This document shows positions 36,601 through 46,830 of a DNA stretch of 64,000 nt, piece by piece. A model generated the notes under the pieces. That model did no database searches and had not been told where the DNA came from. It saw nothing but the letters and a program-made list of their open reading frames with translations. The stretch is from contig NMRA01000060.1 in assembly GCA_002633005.1 (NCBI GenBank), positions 554,016 through 618,015 of the forward strand, given 5' to 3'. Origin of the DNA: Phoronis australis (lineage: Eukaryota; Animalia; Phoronida). Both the position numbers and the translations under genes were made by a program. Each line of letters begins with the position of its first letter. The stretch's first letter is position 1.

Positions 36601-37084
36601 TGTGCTCAAACCGACTGTTTTCACGGGCTCATCCTCAAAGATTCAATGGCGTGCACCACGAAAATTTCAAATTATAGCATGGCTAATGTCTGAATGGGTG
36701 CCTTTTCAAAAATGCGTGCGCACGGTACGTCTTGCGCTGTCTTCCGGTAGTAGGAAGATTTACAATTTCTCGTACGTGACATGGTTACACTAGGATGGAT
36801 AGGATGATCCACTTCCACTCGTGATACCCACAGTCGTCAACACTTATCCAGCTTTTTTCATACTTCCAGGGGAAATACAGGAATGGAATGATCCACAAGA
36901 CATACATTCGGAAATATTAAGTGCCGTCGACCCTCTCGAAGACAAGCCGTATGGAATATTCAAACTGCAGTTGCACCATGACAATGTATCACGTGAACAG
37001 GTGGTCACAGACGAAATTCTGGGGAAGGATGGCGTCAGAGATTACCAGAGTGTCAGTAAAGGCGACACGACATCTCCTGGTTGA
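9345..37084 (+). CDS. VGLUT: SLC17 family vesicular glutamate transporter-like protein (whole gene span; join 9345-9635,11928-12052,13997-14114,19477-19564,23498-23724,24570-24716,25259-25391,31004-31114,32621-32748,34002-34086,36870-37084; 555 aa)
   Basis: Exon lengths 291+125+118+88+227+147+133+111+128+85+215 = 1668 nt, open frame, GT-AG boundaries. SLC17/VGLUT motifs appear in order: AMRVNVSV, WNSQMVGFLHSIFYIGYLVTQIPGG, RFLQGISEGVVFP, GVYAGAVLG, VPWKRIFMSPPVWA, HFARNCVFYMLLTNQPTYF, AVRKIMNSTGFGVE, NHLDLAPRFS, FGSGEIQEWN. Confidence 0.9.
10245..10395. mobile_element. Small foldback MITE; related arms at ~54404-54587
   Basis: AGGTAGAGTTCAGTAACTCTAGGACC is imperfectly inverted with GGTCCTAGCATTTCCGAACTCTATC. 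The same motif occurs reversed at 54555-54587 (GAGGTCCTTGCGCTACTGAACTCTACCT). Confidence 0.5.
10455..11675 (-). mobile_element. 5'-truncated non-LTR retrotransposon (RTEX-like), antisense in intron 1
   Basis: ORFs 11182-11667 (SVNFSKT..YKYLGV, RT thumb) and 10690-11100 (RLRAGILPLEVEVGRY..ERICRVC..EDEVHFIFDC zinc knuckle). (TAAA)n tail at ~10455-10480. 12-bp TSD TTGTTATGTGAT at 10443-10454 and 11676-11687. Confidence 0.88.
11928..12052 (+). CDS. VGLUT: VGLUT-like coding exon 2 (TM2)
   Basis: ttgttacag|CTA; LPRVKWNSQMVGFLHSIFYIGYLVTQIPGGLLITKAGFAGN; AA|gtgagt (phase 2). Confidence 0.9.
13997..14114 (+). CDS. VGLUT: VGLUT-like coding exon 3 (TM3-TM4)
   Basis: tgtttcag|A; (K)MLFCSVLLSSCLNMLLPLAIDDVGFAFTCFVRFLQGISE; GAG|gtactt. 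Confidence 0.9.
16586..19265 (-). mobile_element. Kolobok-like element, family B, copy 2 (inverted; left TIR split by the Helitron)
   Basis: Right end GGTGACATTCTCCT|TTAA. THAP ORF 18851-19093 (-) MAWRIVTACMNYE..SFFRFPQEP..KWLEVVKN..SCLHF. Plus-strand YQFEPEYTDQE ORF 18286-18528. 17702-17750 is the reverse complement of 6630-6675. Confidence 0.8.
16592..17701 (-). mobile_element. Non-autonomous Helitron
   Basis: The minus strand begins 5'-TCTATTATATAAAA and ends CTAG-3'. A GC hairpin CCGGGCGAAAGCACCGG lies ~10 nt before the 3' end. No TSD. Confidence 0.75.
19477..19564 (+). CDS. VGLUT: VGLUT-like coding exon 4
   Basis: ttttgcag|GGC; GVVFPSFYSILSHWTTPGEIGRLGGLAIT(G); CAG|gtacgg; 88 nt, phase 1. 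Confidence 0.9.
19554..19671 (+). repeat. 59-bp tandem duplication spanning the exon 4 donor site
   Basis: AGCCATTACAGGTACGGACTTGAGTACAG...CGTCAGG at 19554 and 19613, one mismatch. Confidence 0.95.
19896..21073. mobile_element. PIF/Harbinger-like non-autonomous element with repetitive subterminal arms
   Basis: Perfect 26-bp TIR CAGCCGATTTCATAAAGGTGGTTTAA, flanked by TAT on both sides (3-bp TSD). Many AAACCWGGT subterminal repeats. Minus-strand STVLRFNAAG at ~20365-20395 resembles the Harbinger LRFYATG motif. Confidence 0.75.
20533..20689. mobile_element. GGCGGATCC-TIR MITE with 5-bp TSD, nested in the Harbinger element
   Basis: CTACG|CATAGGCGGATCCAGG...CCTGGATCCGCCCCTG|CTACG. Confidence 0.85.
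22698..22853. mobile_element. GGCGGATCC-TIR MITE with 5-bp TSD
   Basis: AAAAG|CAGGGGCGGATCC...AAATCCACCTCTG|AAAAG. Confidence 0.85.
23498..23724 (+). CDS. VGLUT: VGLUT-like coding exon 5 (TM5-TM6, central loop)
   Basis: ttctgtag|GC; VYAGAVLGYPLDGVLTHYVSWRSVYFSHGAFGITWAVAWFFLSYEKPEVHPHISKEELEHF...VSH; CAT|gtgagt. Confidence 0.88.
24393..24484. repeat. 45-bp perfect tandem duplication in intron 5
   Basis: TTCAGTCTACTTAGTTTGAATGTCATCTGAGTGTCACCTGAACAC at 24393 and 24438. Confidence 0.95.
24570..24716 (+). CDS. VGLUT: VGLUT-like coding exon 6 (TM7)
   Basis: catttcag|AGT; SAQVPWKRIFMSPPVWATTFSHFARNCVFYMLLTNQPTYFDVFGFNLAQ; CAG|gtaatt. An in-frame alternative acceptor exists at 24578/24579. Confidence 0.9.
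25259..25391 (+). CDS. VGLUT: VGLUT-like coding exon 7 (TM8)
   Basis: ggtttcag|AAC; NGALSSIPHLLLVAVAALSGPLADYLLHCHGFSVTAVRKIMNST(G); G|gtaata; 133 nt. Confidence 0.9.
25415..27185 (-). mobile_element. Degenerate Tx1/L1-clade LINE ORF2 3' fragment, antisense in intron 7
   Basis: Broken frames read SGLQVNVDKTIAIWFGS, IKTLAISKLNFLLSSLPNPP..FFRFVWQ..KIK, KWEIELG..DWKKIY and a HxxWECxxVQDFWK zinc-knuckle region. Multiple stops and frameshifts. Confidence 0.8.
28443..28948. mobile_element. MITE with inverted termini, CGAT/ATCG-rich
   Basis: The left end GCATAAGGTA[CATGTAGAT]ATCAGAC matches the reverse complement of the right end, GCATAAGGTAATCAGAC. Confidence 0.6.
31004..31114 (+). CDS. VGLUT: VGLUT-like coding exon 8 (TM9-TM10)
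   Basis: cctactag|GT; FGVECVCMAALGFVKDGTSAVIFMSFGAGFGGLCVS(G); CAG|gtaaat; 111 nt. Confidence 0.9.
32621..32748 (+). CDS. VGLUT: VGLUT-like coding exon 9 (TM11)
   Basis: tttttcag|GC; WQINHLDLAPRFSSILVGLTSTVGVTAGIASPLVIGAITTNQ; CAG|gtaatg; 128 nt. Confidence 0.92.
33140..33290 (+). pseudogene. THAP-domain remnant (DNA transposon) in intron 9
   Basis: RKCDCCAVGCNNG...SFFVFPTSNKNKKM has the THAP start (CxxxxC..FxFP). Confidence 0.6.
34002..34086 (+). CDS. VGLUT: VGLUT-like coding exon 10 (TM12)
   Basis: ttttccag|ACC; TIQEWNVVFLVVAGVLFMATVIFFIFGS(G); CAG|gtaaga. Confidence 0.9.
34400..34700 (+). mobile_element. Penelope-like element 3' remnant (GIY-YIG C-terminus)
   Basis: LLDRE...KNPSLNRHGG fits the PLE endonuclease end (PxLNRxxG). 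A decayed pLTR/hammerhead-like segment follows at ~34635-34680. Confidence 0.55.
35730..36180. repeat. Interspersed repeat; inverted second copy at ~63590-64000
   Basis: 35735-36140 is the reverse complement of 63600-64000, e.g. TCAATACGCACGGTAGTTTATCTTCAATCGTACCCAATGGTTG. Confidence 0.85.
36870..37084 (+). CDS. VGLUT: VGLUT-like coding exon 11 (cytoplasmic C-terminus, stop)
   Basis: tacttccag|GG; EIQEWNDPQDIHSE...DYQSVSKGDTTSPG*; completes the conserved (G)SGExQxW motif; TGA at 37082-37084. Confidence 0.88.
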
Positions 37085-39029
37085 CGTTTCCCCATTGCTT
37101 AGAAGTATATCGAGTTATATTTATCCCATATGACTATTACCTTGGGAAATCTGTTTCATACATTGTGAACGATCAAATATTTTGATTTATTTTAGTGACG
37201 GTCTCTTGAAACAAGGCAAGTTAAGACTGCTCGTTTTTTGACGAAACTGTGGTTGGATTAAGGACCACACATGTTGGGGTTACTTTTGGCAAAAACAGCC
37301 GTTTTACAACAAAGTACTAATCCCTGGTTAAATAGAACCAGAAAACATACATTATCGGTAATTAATCAAGTTCGACATACGTTTTCACAGCGCCACATGA
37401 CAAGAATCCTACATGTACGTTGACACCCAAACCGGTCGAGATTGGGCAACTCGATCGGTTTGCCTACCTCAAGAATCGCCGGTTCGGATCAAAGACCTCA
37501 TGCTGTTCTGCTTAATTAAATTGCTTGAAGCTACTGATGTTATCGTTCTTAGATAATCAGACCCACCATAAACACACTGGAGAGACCATTTTTTGAATTT
37601 TGGATTTGAAAGTTTTTAAATAGCATATTTGAATCGTTCATGGAAAGTAGACGTTGTTTGGTTTTTGAATTTTTAAATTCGGACAAGAAATGTAAATTCC
37701 AGCCTGCAAATTTTAACCGAATGTTTGTCTAGAACTCGCGCGTTGTTCTGTGCCTCATCAATTGACCTATCACAAACTCCGCGCCCTTTGCGAAAAACCA
37801 CGTGACACCCGACAAACAAACGAGATGTCAGAGGCAAATACATGTACCTTGTCGCTAAACGGCATTCCTGGAGGAATCACTGAGTGTTTTTGCACTATCC
37901 GAAAACGCTTCGACAAAGACAACAGCCGATGTTTTTCAGCACGTTCATGATGTAGGAATTTGTTAAGGTGACGATGAAAATATAAGTGTTCGAGGAAAAG
38001 TATGTATATTTCGGAGCACAGGAGGTTCACCTTCACCTAACAAATGACAAGGCCAGAGGTGCAATATGTTCATGTAAAACTGGCTATGTACCTTGAAGTC
38101 GAATTATCTGTATGATGCCATAGATTTCAGGATCATTCGAACAAAATCAGTGGAGATTATTCTGCCCTCTGCTAAATTCCGCCAAACGAAAATTATGTCA
38201 CAGCTGGTGGGACTCCCCGAGTAAAGAGGGTCGAATCGATAGCACCGTTTACTCTTTTCTGATCTTCAAACGTAATATTTTGATTAAAAAAGAAACTCAG
38301 GTACACACGCATTTTTCCCTAGGCAGGCAGTTAGCTCCGGTAGCTCTAGGGCTGTGTTCAAGTCAAATTAATGCATGGAATTTTCCGTAGTTGCACCGTT
38401 AAGACATTTAAGTTAGGACTACCTTCTGATGAACATTTTTTTTGTTTGATTGCATAAAGGTAGCTTTCAGTTAATTTTAAACGTAGCATGATCACTGAGC
38501 TGTGGTACGGTTACAAAAGATGACAACATCTGGTGTAGTGGAAAAAATGGTTATTTACAAAAATACCTCAAATTCTAATTAGAAATTCATCATGTTTTGA
38601 ACAATTTCAAAATTAGCTCTCTCTAACTTTACAGGCGAAGTGTGTACTAGAGTTCTCATAAAAGTAATTCAACTGTTTTTTTTTTCGCCACAACAGCTCG
38701 AACAAGGCTTTGAGTTCAGTAGTCCAGTGGCCCTCCCTGTACCGATCGAATCTCTCAATTTTGGAGAGAATTTCAGTTGAACGCCAGCCTACGGATGTAT
38801 GAATAACAAAAAAAGTTCCTCAACTACGAAACAAAACGATGTCCATTAGGTCGAAATAAATGAAAAATAATAAAAATGTCCTTGAAAATGATTTCCGGAG
38901 ACTACCTCTAGACTAGACTAAGTGCTGAGACCCAGCAGGTGCCAAAACACTAAAGGCGGCCAGACGAGTGAAACTCCAGCATCAAAATCAGACAGACCTA
39001 CACTATAGACACCAAAATGAAAAGCGCGC

Positions 39030-39243
39030 ATCTCGGAACAAATATATTTGTGCAACCTTCGAGTAATCGAGCAACATTGCCAAGTTCAGCTGCTCGTGTG
39101 GTCGTTCACACAGTTTGATCCATAGTTTACTCTTTTCGACATCACTTTTCGGCATAGGAGATGCCCAAAATGGCGGGATATTCTTCTCGAGCTGCTTAAC
39201 GGCTGTCGGAATTACACACGCCATATCGACACCGTATCACCAT
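39030..39243 (-). pseudogene. THAP-domain remnant (DNA transposon)
   Basis: MVIRCRYGVCNSDSR* followed by frameshifted PMPKSDVEKSKLWIKLCERPHEQLN. Confidence 0.75.
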
Positions 39244-41370
39244 TCTTATCGCACAAACTTTCTTGAACTACAAACAATTCTGTGGGGTGTGCAACATAAT
39301 GGGCCAATTACCAAACCAGCAGGAAGCGTTGGAAATTGAGGTAGGCCAAGTGTCATCGCAGAATTTTTGGCATACACTTTTTGTTATAGGTGGCGCTGTG
39401 TCAGATATACCATGATCACTCGTCGTAAGCGCATCTTGTTTTGAATTCACTTTTACCATAGAACTCTAGTCCTGGAATGTCAACTCTCATCTCGAATGGG
39501 AATTGTGGGTCCTGCAAAACCAAGAAACGTCCTTTCATTCTTTTCAGTAGAGCGGGAAAATATGGCTATGGGGCGTGGGAAATTACAAGATTATTATGAT
39601 ATTATGTTAGTTTGGGCGTGTGTCGAAAACCGGACCATTTAGATGGTGTGTCGGATGACGAAAAAATTAAAAAATGTGGGATAGTCCACCAAAAGCGATA
39701 CAATTGGTGAATACACTGTACGCTATCAGCAACACGAAGTACTAGATTGTCGCTAAGTTTCATTTCACGTCCATTACGTCATTAGTCATTCCTCCACGGC
39801 ATTAGCTAGTGAATTCAAATTCTTCGCCATGAAAACGCAACTCTGCTTAGTTGAAATGTTAGGTCAGTATTAGGTTTTAATTCTTTTCTACATGTATAAT
39901 TATCGATTGGATGTCTAATGTTTACCAATTGAATCTCGTTAAAATATTTACGTTAATATTTCTTTCCAAAATCTATGACAGTAACCTAGGTGAAATTTGC
40001 TTTCTGGCCAATTCCAAACATTCGACATGCAACTCTTCAACGTGGTGGAGCGTAAAAGCAACAATCGTTTGCAATTAGCTTTACATACAAACATATTTAT
40101 CACGTTCAGTTGGTGTCTGGCCTTTTCAAATTCTGGTGTACAACTAAGGCGGCAGTATTGACTAGGACAAAACGCAATTTCTCTCGTTCGCGAGCAATTA
40201 TTGGACATTAAAAGTATTCCAACACACAACAATGGCCGGTAAAGCAATAAATGAGACAACCAATTCCTCCAACAGGGGTCGAAACTGAGGCAGCAATATA
40301 TCCGCAGAAGGGAGAAAAATAAGGATACGATAATAAACATTGCCAATTGCCTAAAATCACAAACTAGTGTGAGAGGAATTATCACCTCAAAAACAGAACA
40401 GTCAACCATAGCGGCTGCAAAGAAAACCCCCTCTACTAGGAACTAATTGTGTACACCAACTACGCCATAATAACTAATTAACGGAAATTTGAACATAGGT
40501 TCACTTCCATAGAAGTAGGAATCCCGTGGGGGAAGCTATTGTGATCACATAACTCGTTTGTAACGCATGACGATAGCTTGCAAACTCTTGTCTGCTGCAC
40601 TTTAGAGTGAGAAGTGTACCGCCCAAAACAAAGTGGCCAACAACATTCTATTACACCTTATTGTTGACGGCGCCGACGATTACGCAAAGCAGTATGGGTA
40701 ATATGTCGGATTTTCAGGCGCCGGGTCTAAGGCTGTGAGTGTGGTGTATGTGATAGACGACCCGTTATTGAATAAGCTAAGCTTATTGGATCATGTTTCC
40801 AGGCTCAACCCATATTTCTTTGAAGTCGATGTGTACAATTTGGAACACACAAAAAAGAAAAGGATAGTTTGAGGTCGTTTCCATCGTTCGAAGGGCCGAG
40901 AGTCCAAAATAAAATTTTAATGGATCGATAGCTTGATGGATCAGTACTCCAAAGGGCCGATATTCCGACCATTTTCATTACTTCGTGACTGTTTTGATTG
41001 GCGACAGATTGAATGTCGCCATTCCGAAATTAAGTTACCGATATGTACAAAGTTGGATTCATTTTTACCATATATGGACATATTTGCGCATGCGTCTACA
41101 TTCAAAGCTTTTGTACGCCTTTTAGGAGTTAGGTGCATGCGTTTATACACTTTTTAACATTTATTACGAAAAATATAATTCACAATAATCATAGTAAAAG
41201 CCAGAAATCGCTAGAAAAAGTATTATACCTGCGATATTACGCTCACCAGTTGATCAAAGCCATGCTTAAACTTGATGCTTTTACGCACCAATTTATTATA
41301 AATTATATGCACTGCTACTTGCCTCGCAACGGAGAGAAGATTCTTGCAACTGGTTTAATATGGCTAGGCA

Positions 41371-41532
41371 CAGTGCTGTAGTGGTAAAACTAGAGGTAAG
41401 TAGGCGCCCAAAGCCCACCGTATCTCATTGAGCAATGAACGTAACTCAAACTTACAGTACGTAGGCGCTACGTTCAAATACTAAAAGGTGGTTGGCTGCA
41501 CCTACGTCCGCCTACGCCACACTACAGTACTG
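41371..41532. mobile_element. hAT-type MITE with 8-bp TSD
   Basis: GCTAGGCA|CAGTGCTGTAGTG...CACTACAGTACTG|GCTAGGCA. Confidence 0.9.
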
Positions 41533-42124
41533 GCTAGGCATATCGTGCGTGTACTTGCACATGCTTGCACACTATTTTACATCCATATTAAGCACGTACG
41601 TTTGCTTTAAAGTTGGAAATTGCAAGATGTTTCTTCATCTATTGCATGGGCCGGATTTTAGAAAGCCTTAGTGATATTTAAGAAAAAAATCTACTCACGA
41701 CGTCAGACTTTAAAATCAAACGTGGATTTTAACCCAACAATTTAAAATTTTGACTAGTATATTTAGGTGCTCTGTTAGTTCAAAACCAGAAAATAACATT
41801 GCTGATACCTATTGCTATTTTTCGTTATGATAGAATATTATACTAATTTTTGCCAATGGCCTGCAGGTATGTCTACCACTAATTCAAAAAGTAACTCGTT
41901 TCCAAAACAACGCCCTTATTTCCATCAACGGTTTTTATAAAAACACTTGCTTGGGGCGCTCATCAGACATTTCCGCAATTAAAAAATGTTAATAAACTAA
42001 AGTACAAAAAAATCAGGTGACGTTCTTTGGAAGATGGATAATCAGATAAACTCAGAACATGGTGACATAGATTCTTCATGCTTGTCTCCTGAAGTCATGT
42101 TAAAAGTACATGCAAGCTCACTTA

Positions 42125-42550
42125 GAAGTACTGGGGCACAAAGTTGGACGTTTCAACCGACAACAATCGGCTTTCGTCAGTGACTGAGGCGCCCGTGGCG
42201 CTAGTTGTGTTCTGATGTAAAACGTGTAGTTGGATGTTAAGAGAGGTACATGTAAGTTGACACCTAGGTCACGGATCAATGGGGGGAGGGGGAGGGGGAG
42301 GCTGAGTACGGATTTTGATAGAGTTCCAATTAGACTACATGGAGACGGAATGACCTCTCACAAACGTGTGTTCAACGACAGCTGCAGGTTTATCGAGTTT
42401 CGTAGTGTCCACATTAAGCTTGGTGCAAAGGTTCGTGGTCACACGAGATTTTATAAATAGCACAAGACTGCTTGCCTATAGGTCTGACCAACTGATTACG
42501 TAGTGTTCACGACGGAAGTCGGCTGAAACGTTCAATCTCGTCCCTCAGTA
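42125..42550 (-). mobile_element. Penelope-like remnant with hammerhead core and inverted terminal segment
   Basis: Minus strand reads SIKIRTQPP..LIRDLGVNL (GIY-YIG end), then CTGACGA-AAGCCGA-loop-TCGGTT-GAAACGTC. An inverted partial copy TCGGCTGAAACGTTCAA lies at ~42519-42550. Confidence 0.65.
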
Positions 42551-42782
42551 AGCAGGGCCGTAGGAAACGAGGGTGGGGGCGGGGGGCACGGGCCCCCCAA
42601 AAAATTTGTCAGGCGTCAGGGTTAAACCGTGGCAACCGACATAGGCGTAGGGCCGGGTACAGTTGAGAAACGAAAGACTGTGAAATACGGATGAGAGAGA
42701 AAATTCAAGAGAACAATTAACAACTCTGTATCTGTGCATGGTTTACCTTTTGAGGACCCTGGCCAGGACATTGTTTTTAGGG

Positions 42783-42925
42783 CAGTGGCGGACTTAGAGG
42801 GGTCCAAGGGGCCATGGCCCCCCTAAAATTCTCCCAGATTCCATTGGGAAGTTCCATTGCGAATGTCTGGCTACTGTAATACTGTGCCCTGGCTCCCCTA
42901 ACTCAAAATCCTGGATCCGGCCCTG
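42783..42925. mobile_element. GGCGGATCC-TIR MITE with 5-bp TSD
   Basis: TAGGG|CAGTGGCGGACTTAG...CCTGGATCCGGCCCTG|TAGGG. Confidence 0.85.
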
Positions 42926-45630
42926 TAGGGTCTCATCTTTCGCAGCACAGGTCGTCTAAACACACTTGAAAACGTGCACGTAATCAATCATACATATATT
43001 TTGAAAAATCGAGAAAATTTGTAAAGTGAAGCTTTTGGGGAGTATACTAATTTACTGGATTTTTAAATTCAATAAGTCAATTTTGCGAATGCAAAACTAT
43101 TTTTTTCAGAGGCCTCACTCTGGCAAGGGATTACGGAGTCAACTTTTGTTCTATTTTTTCAAAATTGTGTATGATTGATTTTTGAAAATATAGATATTTT
43201 CATATTTAAGGGCCTTGCCCCTGAAGTAGGCTTTTGATGACATTCAAGTGGCCACCGTTTTCGTGTTTTTATTGACAAATTCTTAATGGTTCGCTCACGG
43301 AGAGAGGATCCAATGCTAGAATCGATTATCTCTATTTTCTTTTTTGTGATATCGTGCAACCAGCTTTCATGTTGAAGGAACTCATTTCCTGCATCGTTTT
43401 GGGGCCACAAGACGGTGGAATGAACTGCCAAGCTTAATGATGTTTAGCCTTTTATCTTGAGATGTCCCATTTCAGACGGGACCCTCTCTCGGTGAAGCAG
43501 TTCGGGAGAAATGTCCATTTGTCCGTCTAGACACGTAAATCTGACACTGTCAAGTATTGACGAGGGAAGCTGAGATTCCAAATCCATCAAAAAATTACAA
43601 ACCATTCGTGCACAGCACCGCAGTATCAAGACATTCGACCCAAACAAACAAAAATGTGAAAAAAATACAATAGGATTGACTGCCATCGAAAGGGTGGAAT
43701 TTTGAAGTACGTGAAGACCTTTATCTGTGAATTACACAAAAGGACTATTTCCGATGGTTAGTTATAAAATAAACAGTCACTGTTTCACTTACTATCACAA
43801 GATGGTTACTATGAGTTGTTTGCAAGGAATTCCCAAATAAGGAAAACACTGCTGTCTAGGCTACTACATGTGATGAACGTGCATGTCGGAAGGGGGTTTT
43901 CAAAGAATTCTCGCATTCATAAACAAAGGATTCAACGTCTTTTTGACAGTGAACTTCAAGTTTACCTCGTGAACCGATATAGGTACCTCTGAAATGAGCA
44001 AAAACACATTAATACGAATGCCCCATCTCCTATATTCCCCGGTTACCCGTCAAAAGTCTGCGAGCATGCACACGGAAATTGCTTATAACATTCCGTTTTG
44101 AAAAACAAGTTCGCTGGTTTCTGATTTATTTGTTTAAGTATCTACGAAAATCGATAGATCCATAAAATGATTTTTGACAATTAGAAGCTAATATTGTAAG
44201 AATTGATGAAGTTTCCGTGAAATTAATTGCAGCCTGAAGTTGGAAAAACTCTATAGTCAGATCCCCAAATAGTAAAGTACACTTGGAAGATTGTGCATAT
44301 CTACAATAACTCTCAAAGACATTCGGACTCATAAATCGTAGATAAAAAAACCTGACTGACGCACCCACGTTAAAAATAAGATGTAACCAGTAGGCATGCG
44401 CAGAATCTCAGTGATCCACGGAAACTGAATATAAACTCCAGTCGTTGATGTGTGCACAGTATAGACTCTATTCACGCGGCGGCCATTAAAATCCAAAGCG
44501 AGGCTCACTGCGATAAACAAAGCGGAAGTAGACATTGCGTGAGTTAAATAGCCGGTCTTTCGAGTCCAACATGGATACTGAATTTTAATGATGTGTCGAC
44601 AATTAACCACAGAGACGCAGAAAATTACATTAGAGAACAAGTTAAGACGCCAAAGAGTTGTCTGACGAAAGGGTTTAAATTTTTTCGGAAAACTAGGTTC
44701 GAAACATGAAAAATAAATATGACCAAATTGCAGCAATCGTGGTGTTAAGGATTAGGTATTATGGTGAATGCAGGGTTACGTTTTTTCTTGTAAATTGTTG
44801 ATCAAAATACTTTCTACGCGGACCAGGTCATCTGCTCGAATTGTTGACGAGTTGCAGACATATTCGACAGTGGTGGCTGTCATGTGCAATTAGTCACATC
44901 TGGTTTAATTTGTTGATCAAGAATATTAACATCAAGCATAGGATGATCCTATGCACTCACTGGGACTAACAGTTGATTTGTCATTGATCTGAAAGAATAG
45001 TTGATGTTATTAAATACATTTTTTATTAAAATAATAAACCAGGCTCGTAATTGAAAATAAAAATGATTTGACCATCAATTCTGCTTTCATGGTTGTAATA
45101 ATTCTTACGTCTATTTCATGTGTTAGATATCAATCTGGACCAAGTTGAATTTTAAATTAAAACACCTAATTCGTTCGTCCAAAACATAACCTCGTTTTAG
45201 AACTCAATTTCAGTTAACTGGACAATGCAATCATAGTTATCATGTTTCTTCAGGAACCTCGTTCATCCGAGGGTAAAGGTGCCAGTGCGGCCTACTGAGA
45301 GGCGATTTTTTCGCCGAGTGAGAGCGGGAACAATCTACCTCCCGATCACCATCAATAGAACCCCCGCCCTGTTGCAAGCTCTCATAGGCTCTGTCTCAAT
45401 TTAAAGTAGCCTTTTGTGCTCTTAAAAATTGTCACCTGTGTGGTTACAAATGACGTGAACTCAGAGAGATTTTTCACTAGGGGAATTTTTATACCTCGTG
45501 GGGGGGAATTTCGCGTGATATTTCAATATTTTTGAGAGGGGAATAGGACCGATATTGGGCCTCAAATTTTAGGGAATGAGGGCCCTGTTCTTTTTGGAAA
45601 GAAGAATTATAATGTTCGTTCAACCCGTAG

Positions 45631-45927
45631 CAGGGGCGGATCCAGGATTTTGAGTTAGGGGGGGCAGGGCACAGGAATAAGCAGCATTTCGGCAGATGCG
45701 CGCGCCCAGCCTAAAATCTGGGGATGCAGGGGTCTTGATTTCTTGGGTTTGCGGACCTGTTGACTAAAAAAAAAACGGTAAACGGGGGGTTCATTCAACG
45801 CCTATGCGTTGTTTATTCACCCCCCAAGACCCCCTGGTTGCGCTCGTGTGCTAGTCAGCAATTCGCACCCGAACTCAAAAATGGGATCTGATACAATTTT
45901 AGGAGGGGCACCCCCCTCCCCCAAATC
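45631..45927. mobile_element. GGCGGATCC-TIR MITE, right TIR partly deleted
   Basis: CGTAG|CAGGGGCGGATCCAGG...CCAAATC|CGTAG. Confidence 0.65.
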
Positions 45928-46700
45928 CGTAGTCATGAAAATACAGCCTGGCATTCTCCGGTCGTTACTACATGATGCTTGACAACTAGATGCGACAACA
46001 TATGATCTACTCATTTCGAAAACATTTATTTTACACGGACAGATATTTTGCTTCGTCGCGGCGTATGGCAACGACCCAAACGCTTCCGAATCTCACGTCT
46101 TTAGAGATTGTAAAGCAAACAGTTGCGTGTCCGAATTTTTTCTAGCCGTTCGCGGAACAACACGGACGGAAACACAGACTCCTATGCCGATAAGCTAACA
46201 GAGCTATCGTAGCGAGCCTCGTTTTGGAACGCGCCTCCTATCGGCGTGAATAGGGTCTATAGGGACACACTGTATCGTTTTCCCCAGCCACCAGAAACTG
46301 GACTGTCGGTCGTGTTTAAACGAGGGATTTTGAAACAGCTCCGAAGGCACTATACCAGGGACTTCGGCACCTTACCATTTTGAAAGAAACTCCTTCAAAG
46401 AATGACCATAATAAAATAAAGTTTTCCCGAAACTGGAGCACAATAAAACGAATCTTGACCTTAGACCGAGAGCAGACAGCCGGTATGAGCTGCCTGTCTC
46501 AAGTGAATCATAGCTGACCTGGCCAGCAACTAGCTTTAGTTCATCGGGAATTCCATATTTTCACATTGTTAGATCCCAGCTATAGCTACTTAAAGGCAGC
46601 TCTTCACTACAGGTCAGTGTACTGGTCTTAGGCCCATTCTTACTCTCCGTGTTGGTTCACGGTTACTCAACTCTTGATGGCTGCATCTGCTGGATTGTCC

Positions 46701-46830
46701 CAGGGGCGGAACCAGGATTCTGAGTTGGGAGTGGAGGGGGGGGGCAGGGCAGAGTATTAGCCAGAGTTTTGCCAGTCAGAAATTCGCATCCCCAAACTGC
46801 CAAATGGAATCTAGGAGAATCCGCTACCTA
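46701..46830. mobile_element. GGCGGATCC-TIR MITE with 5-bp TSD
   Basis: TGTCC|CAGGGGCGGAACCAGG...AATCCGCTACCTA|TGTCC. The internal sequence is shared with the 22698 copy (GCAGGGCAGAGTATTAGCCAG..GCCAAATGGAATCT). Confidence 0.8.

Noticed and set aside
43159-43690. Possible Ulp1-like protease fragment (HESW..KIEIIDS)
   Set aside because: The resemblance is too weak and no catalytic Cys motif was seen.
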